DNA from: Haliotis rubra
Taxonomy: Eukaryota
Assembly: GCF_003918875.1 (NCBI RefSeq)
Contig: NW_025767392.1
Coordinates: 248,001 to 312,000, forward strand
Reading direction: 5' to 3'
DNA: 64,000 bases
The notes under the pieces were generated by a model. The model had not been told where the DNA came from. It searched no databases and saw only the letters and a list, made by a program, of their open reading frames with translations. Each line of letters starts with the position of its first letter. Position 1 is the stretch's first letter. Position numbers and translations under genes: made by a program. Positions 37,771-48,850 of this stretch are shown piece by piece.

Positions 37771-40700
37771 ATGGCGGGTGTAGTGGAGAGTTTGAAGGCA
37801 GCTCCCCTGCTGAAACGAATCATCTTTGTTCTGGTTTTAGTAACTCAGCTTTTTAACTGGGTTTCTTTCACAACCGCCGCTTGGGCTCGACGTTTCACGA
37901 CACTGTCCAGGAACGGCGATGACCACGTCGGATACGGCTTATGGAGAGGTTGTTCAAATGTGGGAACGGCAGGCAACCCTATCCCAACGTGTTTTTCATT
38001 AGATGGTGCAAATCTTGGTAAGTAAATTACATCAACCGAAATATTAGCAGGTGCATATAAAGTATATTGAAGTATTCAGTGACAACAAACATGTACCTGA
38101 CATTTCCGGATGTAAGATTGTGTTCGCGAGTTGTCCTCAGGCCCCTCCTTGACTCACCCAGGCCTGACGACAGATCATATGATTGACAGCTGTCATTTTT
38201 CTTTCTTATTCTCGTAAGTTGCGGACTTCTGATATGACAGAACATAAATGTTTGGCAGAAAGAAGATTTAACCTAGAGAGTTCTACCACCTAACTAGCGT
38301 GTTACACCGAAATAATGTTCAGTGCGTTAAACCAGCTCACTCACTTACGTTACGCTAATATTGATAAAACAGGGTCATCACACTTTGCATCAATTGTATC
38401 ACGGGCTGATAACTCGCGTAGTTGTCGGTGACAGTTACGGTGATTAGTATCCATGCATATGTATTCCAACATGTATGTTTCAGCCCACTATGGCACCGTC
38501 CAGGCGTTTGCTACAATCGGGTTCATTGTCCATTCATATGTATTCCAACATGTATGTTTCAGCCCGCTATAGCACCGTCCAGGCGTTTGCTACAATCGGG
38601 TTCATTGTCCATTCATATGTATTCCAACATGTATGTATCAGCCGTATATAGCACCGTCCAGGCGTTCGCTACACTTGGGTTCATTCTCCATGCATATGTA
38701 TTTCAACATGTATGTTTCAGCCCTATAGGCCACCGCTCAGGCGTTCGCTACACTCGGGTTCATTCTCCATGCATATGTATTCCAACATGTATGTTTCAGC
38801 CCTGTAGGCCACCGCTCAGGCGTTCGCTACAATCGGGTTCATTCTCCATGCATATGTATTCCAACATGTATGTTTCAGCCCTATAGGGCACCGCTCAGGC
38901 GTTCGCTACAATCGGGTTCATTCTCCATGCATATGTATTCCAACATGTATGTTTCAGCCCACTATGGCACCGTTCAGGCGTTCGCTACAGTCGGGTTCAT
39001 TCTCCATGCATATGTATTCCAACATGTATGTTTCAGCCCACTATATCACCGTCCAGGCGTTCGCTACAATCGGGTTCATTCTCCATGCATATGTATTCCA
39101 ACATGTATGTTTCAGCCCACTATGGCACCGTTCAGGCGTTCGCTACAATCGGGTTCATTCTCCATGCATATGTATTCCAACATGTATGTTTCAGCCCTAT
39201 AGGGCACCGCTCAGGCGTTCGCTACAATCGGGTTCATTCTCCATGCATATGTATTCCAACATGTATGTTTCAGCCCACTATGGCACCGTTCAGGCGTTCG
39301 CTACAGTCGGGTTCATTCTCCATGCATATGTATTCCAACATGTATGTTTCAGCCCACTATATCACCGTCCAGGCGTTCGCTACAATCGGGTGTATTATCC
39401 ATGCATATGTATTCCAACATGTATGTTTCAGCCCTATAGGGCACCGCTCAGGCGTTCGCTACAATCGGGTTCATTCTCCATGCATATGTATTCCAACATG
39501 TATGTTTCAGCCCACTATGGCACCGTTCAGGCGTTCGCTACAGTCGGGTTCATTCTCCATGCATATGTATTCCAACATGTATGTTTCAGCCCACTATATC
39601 ACCGTCCAGGCGTTCGCTACAATCGGGTTCATTATCCATGCATATGTATTCCAACATGTATGTTTCAGCCCACTATGGCACCGTTCAGGCGTTCGCTACA
39701 ATCGGGTTCATGGGAGTCAACATCCTGTTCCTTGTTACTGTGCTGCAGATGTTCACGTCCTACTGTAGAAAGGTTACTGACATCAATGAAGTGAATGCCG
39801 TCCAAGCCATCGTCACAGGTGATTGTTTATTTCCATTTCATATAAAATATATACTGTGTAAGTTGTTGGTCTGTACTGACTGAGAGGATATTGAATATTC
39901 TTTTTGAAAAATGAAAAGTAATCTACGAAAAGCTTAAAGTTGTCAAAGAGTGTCCTCGTATTAGCCCTTACACTTTGATTCGACTTTTCATGATCCGATA
40001 CATTCATCGTTATGCTTTACGAGTTTCTATACATATTTATTCATGACCCGTTCAAACACACGGTAGATTTGCAGTACGGTACTGCCGTGTGTGTATGTTA
40101 TTTTTTGCCAACTATAATTCATTGATGTTAAATTATTTGTATTCAATACAAGATATTTGCCTACAATTCCCTGATATTGAAGCAATATATTGGAATAACA
40201 TTGCAGTTTCGTGTGCGATTATTGGTCTGAGCAGGGGTTGCCTTCTGTCTCGTCGTTATTTTAAAAACGTCGAATACACTGCACATCGGGAGTGTGCATT
40301 CACGGGTAATAAGGAACGTACTGAAAAATGAATTATTTACCATATGGCGAAACATAACCAGTGTCAAATATGTCATATGTGCACATGTGCACATATCACT
40401 TTTGCCTAGCAACCATTGTTTCTGTAATTTGTGGTCTGTGACGTCATTAAACAATTGAACGTGACCTCAATGAAGAGGGCAGTCACACTGGCTTACCGTC
40501 TTTTACTGCACAAATGTACGTGAATATAATGGATAATAAAGAAATTATTACACTTGAGCAAGTGTGTCATATGACATTTACGAAACTCGTGCAATATTAG
40601 GTATTGCTCTCGCTCTCGCAATACAAAATTCCACACTCGTTTCATGACACACTTGTTCGTGTAATAATCTCTGTATATGGAAGATGGTGTACAAAGCCTG

Positions 40701-41085
40701 GACTCAGAGATTCAGTGAGCTACTTCCATTCTTTACGAAATCAGTCTTATATAAAACTGTTTTTAATTTTGTTACAGGAATAATATACTTTATCGGTCTC
40801 GTCATCTATGGTGCTGTGTATGGCGATGGCGAGAGGCTGAAGTACACGATAGCCAACGAGTCCAGGAATGGAGACCTCAGTTATTCCTATGTCTTTGCCT
40901 TTTTCACAATGATTCTGCAGATTGTGTTGGGAGTCTTGTTGCTCCTAACTGGAGGCAAATTGTGCAAAGTGTCAGCTCTGTTGATAAAAGAGCCTGAGAA
41001 AAAGAAAAAGAAATCAAAGAAGGCGAAAGGAAATAGTACATCTCCTTCGTCAACGGAGCAAACTCAGCAAAGTTCACCAGTCTAA
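37771..41085 (+). CDS. Claudin/PMP22-superfamily tetraspan membrane protein A (3 exons, 234 aa)
   Basis: Exons 37771-38017, 39669-39818, 40778-41085 (phase-1 introns). Four hydrophobic segments; first loop W...GYGLWRGC...C signature; YSY..F before TM4; lysine-rich tail ending SSPV. Confidence 0.88.
38449..39710 (+). repeat. 79-bp minisatellite (16 units) composed of the intron 1 3' end and the first ~42 nt of exon 2 of claudin-like gene A
   Basis: Unit ttctccatgcatatgtattccaacatgtatgtttcag|CCCACTATGGCACCGTTCAGGCGTTCGCTACAATCGGGTTCA. Post-AG positions step exactly 79 bp from 38484 to 39669. Confidence 0.96.
40540..40673. mobile_element. Palindromic MITE-like element in intron 2 of gene A
   Basis: agaaattattacacttgagcaagtgtgtcat ... 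atgacacacttgttcgtgtaataatctct inverted arms. Confidence 0.65.
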
Positions 41086-41109
41086 TCTGAAATGAATTCG
41101 ACTTGACAC

Positions 41110-41750
41110 GCATGACGTGACTCCAGCCGCCTGCACGCTTGTGACTCCAACCGCCTTGACACTTGTGACTCCAACAACTTGATCCTCGTGACTCCAACCG
41201 CCTTGACACACGTGACTCCAACCCCCTTGACACTCGTGACTCCAACAACTTGATCCTCGTGACTCCAACCGCCTTGACACTTGCGACTCCAACAACTTTA
41301 CCCTCGTGACTCCAACAACTTGACCCTCGTGACTCCAACCGCCTTGACACTTGCGACTCCAACAACTTGATCCTCGTGACTGCAACAACTTGACCCTCGT
41401 GACTCCAAGCGCCTTGACACTTGCGACTCCAACAACTTGACCCACGTGACTCCAACCGCATTGACACTCACTTGTTACTCCAGCAACGGACACTTGTGAC
41501 TCCAAGCACCATGACACTTACTTGTGACTCAACCCGCCTTGACACGTGTTACTCCAACCACCTGACACTTGTGACGCCAACTGCCTTGGCAATTGTGACT
41601 CCAACCGCCTTGAACTTTACTTGTGACTTGTGACTCCAACCTCCTTGACACTCACTTATGACTCCATTCGCCTTGACACTTGACAGCCGTGTCTCCAGCC
41701 GCCCTCACCCTCGTGACTACAACCATCTGGCACTCATAACCGAAACCATA
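41110..41750. repeat. 23/24-bp minisatellite starting ~25 bp after the gene A stop codon, decaying to ~42030
   Basis: Interleaved units GTGACTCCAACCGCCTTGACACTT and GTGACTCCAACAACTTGA(T/C)CCTC. Confidence 0.92.
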
Positions 41751-43283
41751 TAGAATACTCGTTATTCATACCTCTTCCGCAATGCTAAAACTATGCGTTA
41801 CTCTAACCGACTCTGGAGACACCAGCCGCCGCGATACCAGTGACTCCAACCTGCTCGACATTACTGATCCCAGCCGCTTAAACATAAGTGACTCCTCTCC
41901 GCAGACATCCAACCCGCCAGAACTCAAAGAGATACAGCTGCCACCACGTCTTCTTCCGCCTCTATGACACCGACCACCTCAAGGTTACTGACCCCAATCT
42001 CCTCGCAAAATTGACTCCGACCGACTCGACACTATTAACTTTAGGGCACATAAAGGCCCTGTCTTGATTGCATACACCGATCAAGGACGAAGCTTGATGC
42101 CATACGAATCTGACAAGACACTTCAAATTCAGTCATATCATACAAACGTTATCACTGTGCCCTGTGTAGTGCCTACAGGTCTTCGTTACCATGCGAGAGA
42201 AACACTTGTTCTACTGTCTGAATGGCCGGTGGCAGGACAGGATTTTTAGTGAGCCATTCATGTAACTGCGACTGAAGTTTCCTTCCAAAGAGTCTGTTTC
42301 GACGAATAATTGAAACTGGCTGTTCCCTGACGTTTACGTTTTATGTCCTTATTGCACATAATGAGTAAGCTATAATATATTTATATGGCATGCATCTATA
42401 TCTTCATTGCCTTTAAGGCCCGTGAAACTCTGTTATTATCCACGGTATCTTTAGTAACGTTTATATAGTAGCGGAAAACCATAACATGGATACAATTTTC
42501 AAGAATCTTTATTGTTGTAGCCGACGTTTCAACATGATTCTATGTGAAATATATAAATGTTGAACAATCTCAGCAGTGTTTCTGTTCTTTCTTACAGTCA
42601 CTCTATATTCTTAACAATCACTATTCGACATTCAGAATTGGGCTCCTAATCCGTGCTGAGATCTGTTGATAGTAATTTTGGCCTGTCTCTAAGTACCTTT
42701 CAAAGCTCACAGGCACAAACATGACCACTCTGTATTTTGTATTCGACAGACCACCCAGCAAATCCTTGCACGGCAAAGGGACACAACTGTGCAAATGTGA
42801 ATTCATTCGTCTTAGATAAATCTACTATATTTCCGTGTACGTCAAAAGATCAATATGGGCGCGTTTAATGGTTTCATTGTTGGGCGTCCAACTACCAATA
42901 AAATACTGATGCATTATAATAGTAACACTACCGATGACGACCTTCTCACATCATATCGATACAGTGCTACAGACTAGCCATAGTTTCGTAAAGGGCAATA
43001 AAAAGAGCATTGTTTTTATCAAAAATAATAATTGAAGTAACGTGTTTATTTACCTTTTACTTAATTACAAAGCAGAGTCATTGCTACCTCCTCATCAAAG
43101 AGCCTGGAATTCCAGAATCACGAACTCGACAAGCCAGAATATAACTGAAGCGTAGTTGCCATATTGACTACGTCAATCAGCCATTGCCACACATACGATG
43201 TAGATCAACAATGATACATAACTCAAGCGCATACTATTTGATTTTGGGTGTTTTCTCTATCTTTTGAAGTGATTCAGTTGATA

Positions 43284-43440
43284 TATAGAGAATCTCACCC
43301 GAGTGTCTTTTGATATCAAATATATCACCACGAGTTGATAAAGTAACAAATATCCCAGGCTTGCGGAGGATATTTTTACTTTTATCAACGAGTGTTGATA
43401 TATTTGATATCAGAAGACACGAGGGTGACATTCTATTTAT
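43284..43440. mobile_element. ~155-bp near-perfect palindrome (hairpin-type non-autonomous element)
   Basis: agaatctcacccgagtgtcttttgatatcaaatatatcaccacgagttgataaa ... tttatcaacgagtgttgatatatttgatatcagaagacacgagggtgacattct. Confidence 0.75.
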
Positions 43441-46392
43441 CATCAAGAATCACTCTTCATTAGTTTTCAATGAAAAATGTACATCTCTGAACACAGTACT
43501 GCCATTAGATTTGCAGTGCAGCGATGTCATAACATTGTGACGTCAACAAGTTCATGACGTTATAGCATTGTCAGGGCATTGTACAAAATCTACTGTCAAA
43601 ACGATATCTCCTAGGAGATATCGTCTCATCTCACACAAGCAATATCTACTGTGGAACACAGTTTTGGATGATAAATGTGTATCTGTCACGCGGTGTCAGA
43701 CCAATTAACCCTGTAAATCTAATAGTATGGAATTTCAAGGTGTGAAAACGATGTGAATAGTTGTATTAATTGCACATTAGTTTGACCCTTTTCTGGATGA
43801 AAGCTGATATTTGGCCTACTGGAACATTATGATGACCAAATACAGAACCTATATCTGCATTGCCGAGTAAAGAAAGTGTGCACTTGAAAATAATTTAGAA
43901 TTTGACCCAAAATTTGCAATCGCTCCAAAACCGTCCCCAGGCTCAAAACAATCGCCGAAACTAAAAAAACTTAGGGTCCAATGGCTAACGTATATCGTCC
44001 TTAATAATGATTAACCGTCTAAGGACAATTTCGTTTTCGTTCCAATCTTTGCCAACATCAAAATGGGTGAAAACGTTATTTGGCCCAGCTGATATAGAGT
44101 AACATCACTGAAAACAAAATGGTGCATACATTATTTTATTGCCTTTGGAATGTAAATAACCCTAAATAGTATAAAGCGTCAACTTAAAATAGAGTAATAA
44201 ATATTTAGCCTATACTGAAAAGGGATTCGGATAATATATCGGTTATATTACATCAGCAAATAGTCATTTCGAAGGCGTCCTTCTCATCTCATGAAGATGC
44301 ACTAAATGGCTGTTACGACGTGTTACGACGTAAATTGTAATAAAAACGCAAATTGTAATACTTGCAGCAAATTGTAATAAACTTGACGTAAATTGTAATA
44401 AAAACGTAAATTGTAATAAAAATTGACGTAAATTGTAATAATTTTCGCTGCGGTAAAATGTAATAAATATTTACGTAAATTGTAATTACAGTTTTAATCA
44501 CTCGTAAATACGCGGGTGTTTGTTTTTCGTTGCATTTCATACATCAAATAAGCTTGTTAGGGCGATAACTCAAGAAAGAATGATGGATTTTGTTCAAATT
44601 TGGTACCAAGGTATATTGGCGAGATTCACCGACACAAGTGAAATGGAGTGACCTTGAGATAATTTTCAAGGTCACAGCAAAAATCTGAGGGTTTTGCCAA
44701 TATAAAGAATGTTAGCGCGATAACCCAAGAATGAATTGACAAATCTTAGCTAAATGACGATAATGATATTCGTCCTGATATATAATCGATATAAACTGTC
44801 CTCTGGATCATGTCTTTTCGCAAATAGGGGTGGGTTTCTAACGGGCATATCTAACACACTTGCATGCATGTAGAGTCGGAGAGGTCGGTGGGTGTTCGGG
44901 TATAACTACGAGGAACGTTCAAATAGTAGTCAGCCTCACCTAGAATATGATACAAATGCAGCTGTTTTTATGTATTATTTTTCTACATATTATCTGTCAG
45001 CCTCAAGCAAATTGGTTTTGCTATGTTGCAGCCTCACGATCCCCATTTTGTGAGAGTTTGTATCTTGGCTTGGTACTCCCCAAAACGTAAACTCTGCAAT
45101 AAAATGCATCACAAACTTCAGGAAACAAAATATGCTATGTTTGAGATTGGTAGAAGTCGGCTAGAATCAAACATAGATATTAAACTTCACAAAAACGCAA
45201 TTTCAAAACAACAATCGCTTGTTCAAATGACTCCCCATTCTCTTTACTGAAAGAACTCGAGAAAGAAATGATGGATTTTGTTCAAATTTGGTACCAAGGT
45301 TTATTGACTGGAGATTGGAGATTTACCGACACCACTTGAATTTAGTGACCCTGAGGTTATTTTAAAGGTCACAGCGAAGGTGTAACAGTTTTGCACATGC
45401 CAAGCTTGGTAGCCGCGAACTTAGGAAAGAATTAATAGATTTTGATCCAATTTTATATCAAGGTGTATTGGCGGGATTCCCCAACACCAATTGATTGGGA
45501 AACTTGTGCTCATTTTAAGTTCACAGTGAAAAGTGTTTTGCACATGTCTAACTTTTTAGTCCGAAAATACAAGACAGAATTAATATGTTTTGGTTAAAGG
45601 TAGTAGCAAGATGCGTTGGGAGTATCGTCTAACGCTAGTCCAATTCAGTGACCTTCGGATCATTTTCAAGGTCACAGCGAGCATTCTTGCGATATCTCCA
45701 AACCTAATGGATGGAATTTGTTTGCATTTTGCATCAAGGCATCAGATGACAGTTTCGGTAACGTTTACATAATTTTCAGGGTCAGACAGAGGATAATTGC
45801 GACATTCAGATATCGACATGTGGCGTGGGTAATAGCTATGTTTGTGACAAACGCTTTGTCATTACTAATTTTCAAATTTTTGTTAGCATATGGTTTCTAT
45901 AATTTCATGTTAATTCTACCAGCTGTGAAATTATTCGTGACACGTCTTTAAAACGCCAGAGATTATTTGTGTATGTTTAAAGTTAATTGTTTTTCATTAT
46001 GGAGTTATTTTCGATGTTGACTCAAGGACATATTTTACGAGCAATAGCTTTCAATAATTTAATGTTATTTCTATTACATTTTGAAGTTCTTCATAGCATA
46101 TCCCAAAGTAACAGGATATTGTTTGTTTACGCTTTGAAATGTACGTTTCTTTGTCTTCATTTTCGAATTATTTTCAATGTTGACGCAATGACATATTTGA
46201 AGTTAATTTAATGTTTTAATCATATGTGATTTATTATGATTTATGTTTCGATCATACATTCATATATTGCGTTGTCATAGTTTAACCTGGTTCGTATTAT
46301 TTTCTTCATCATATTACTACATATTATTGTATTTTTATGAGAGGGAATTTTAAGTTACATTTGCTAAGGATATCATAAATCGCTGGCGCCTG

Positions 46393-46766
46393 GTTACAAC
46401 CGAGCTTGCCAGTGTCAACAAGGATAGCGGTCGCAGTCGCGAAGGTTTGTTCGCAGTGCCACTCAGATTTTTTGGGAAATAATAAAGACAAATTGACAGA
46501 TCTAAAACTTTAAAAGATATATGACAGAACTCCTTCTACTTCTTTCAGAGTACCTCTGCATCAATTGTGTTGCAAAGTTTTAACGGTTAGATAATTTAAG
46601 AAGAGAAAGTGAGTTGTGATTGGTACGCTCAACTTCCCAGCGTAGGCACCTGATTGGATAAAAAGCCAGCCAATTGAGGTAATAAAATCATCGCCCTAAG
46701 CCGTGGATGCATCCAGGGTATGGTGGAGAGTGATCGTAACGTATACCCTGGAGATTATCGAGGATG
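46393..46766. mobile_element. One-ended copy of the MITE at 1986-2470
   Basis: gtgattggtacgctcaacttcccagcgtag...gtataccctggagattatcgaggatg shared with 2320-2470. Confidence 0.85.
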
Positions 46767-47299
46767 TAAGAGAGATAAAGTGCTATTCTATTGGGACAGC
46801 TAGGGACACTTGAGAGGACAAAGAGGAACCTCATCGCCCTTTGTTCACCCCTGAACCTTTTAATCCCTCGAAACAAGCACCTCACAAGATCTGCCAACAC
46901 CGCAGACAAGACGTAACTGATACTGGTAGCAAGAGCGAGTGCAGCTTAATAAGGCGTGCTAGCTTGCGTAATACTGCTTTCTTTGTCAGGCTCTTTTGGT
47001 GATAAGAATAATGAGTTCACGTGGACGTGCAGCACATTGAATATTCGGATGATATACTCCAGTAGAAAAATCATATAACTATATAACTATATATATATAT
47101 ATAACTATATATATAAATATACATATAACTCTATATANNNNNNNNNNNNNNNNNNNNNNNNNNNNNNNNNNNNNNNNNNNNNNNNNNNNNNNNNNNNNNN
47201 NNNNNNNNNNNNNNNNNNNNNNNNNNNNNNNNNNNNNNNNNNNNNNNNNNNNNNNNNNNNNNNNNNNNNNNATATCAGATTAATGTCTATTAATATATC

Positions 47300-47456
47300 G
47301 CTCATCTCCTACGTATATACGAGATATTTAGTACTACGTAGGGGATAATTTGTCCTACGTAGGAGAAAAAATGCCTTACGTAGGAGATATTAAGTCCTAC
47401 GTAGGAGATAGTGAGACCAAACATTTTTTTCACCGTGGCCCTACTACGCTTCCGTA
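47300..47456. mobile_element. End of a probable DNA element with ~21-bp palindromic subterminal repeats, next to an (AT)n tract and gap (47138-47271)
   Basis: About five TCCTACGTAGGAGA-like motifs, ending ...acgcttccgta. Confidence 0.5.
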
Positions 47457-48322
47457 GTACTAAACCCTAACTTGAAACTCTACATATTACTGTAAGAGAC
47501 AGTTATCATGAACATAGAACCGTTCATAGAGAACCGTTCTCTGTCAAGTTTGTACAGGAGGTGGTGCACGTGTAAACGTATGAAGTAATATCCGTTACAT
47601 GTTCAACACTAATGGCGTTATGAATTAGCTTCACAATATCATGTGCGACTGAATATCTTCGATATTCACTGCGCGATCAAAGGTAACAAGAGTTTTTAAA
47701 ACTCCCAGCGTTGTTGAGTGAGTGACTCAACATGGATTTATGCATAAACACCATACAGGGCATTGATTAGATTCATGTTCCCAAAGGAAAGACCAACACG
47801 AACAAACACAGGCGTTCACTACACGCTCTCGCTTTATGAGATATACGACGACAGATGATTGTTGTCACAACATGTACTCAGTGAGTGTTCAATAGCAAAA
47901 AAACAGTCAGTAGTTTACAAACTAAATTAAAAAAGCAAGGTTTCTTTTTATCCACTATTATGTATCATTTAACATGTGTTAAGTTGTAGAAACGCTACAC
48001 TTCAAAGAGTAAATAAGCACAAGAACTTCCATTTGTTTTCCGTTGTCAGATCACATAATGCCAATGTCATCTCTGGGCGTGGGACGTGAAGTGACTGAAA
48101 AGCAAATCAGCTCGGTATAGAAGCTGTGTTTAAAAGACATGTTTTTAACATGGAAGACTAGTGTAAATTTTGCAGTAATGACTTTTTAATAACGATCGAA
48201 ATGGGTTGACCAATATGAATAATCTCTCCATATATGCCTATGAGTATGAAGTCAAGTACATGTAATGCCTTACAAATGGTATTATTGATAAATATAACTT
48301 GACAAACGTTCATCCATTATTT

Positions 48323-48487
48323 GGGCTGTGGGGTAGCCAAGTGGTTAAAGCGTTCACTCGTCACGCCGAAGACCCGGGTTCGATTCCCCAAATGGTTACT
48401 ATGTGTGAAGCCCATTTTAGGTGTCACCCGCCGTGATATTGCCGGAATATTGCTAAAAGCGGGTAAAACTAAACTCACCCACTCACT
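48323..48487 (+). mobile_element. tRNA-derived SINE family B, full length
   Basis: GGGGTAGCCAAGTGGTTAAAGCG (A box), GGTTCGATTCCCC (B box), tail GGAATATTGCTAAAAGCGGGTAAAACTAAACTCAC. Confidence 0.9.
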
Positions 48488-48719
48488 TCATTATAACCGA
48501 CACTGTCCATGTATTTCATGCAGCCGTGACTATTTTGCCGTCGCCCATGTCCGTGTTTGAACCATACAGAGACACATACAAATTGCATGTTACAATAATG
48601 TCAGTAAAAGCTGATATCATCTAAATGCGTTTTCATGCAAGATTAAAGAGTTACAAAGGAGATATGCACATAAACGATAAGAAGGAATCTCGTAGCATGC
48701 TGTTACTCTGTAATCAACG

Positions 48720-48850
48720 AGTGAGCGAGTGAGTGTGGTTTGCGCCGCTTTTTGTAATATTCCAGCAATATCTCGGGGGTGGCCTCACACATTATGCAAA
48801 TATGGGAAATTGAACCCGGATCCACGAGCGAACGCTTTAACCACTAGCCA
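48720..48850 (-). mobile_element. tRNA-derived SINE family B
   Basis: Reverse-complement match; flanked by ATCAACGAG repeats. Confidence 0.8.

Noticed and set aside
38449-39710. CRISPR-like array (constant repeat with variable segment)
   Set aside because: The variable parts are point variants of one exon-derived sequence, not unique spacers. The context is a eukaryotic intron with no cas genes.
40904-41633. Antisense ORFs overlapping the end of gene A
   Set aside because: Derived from the 23/24-bp minisatellite.
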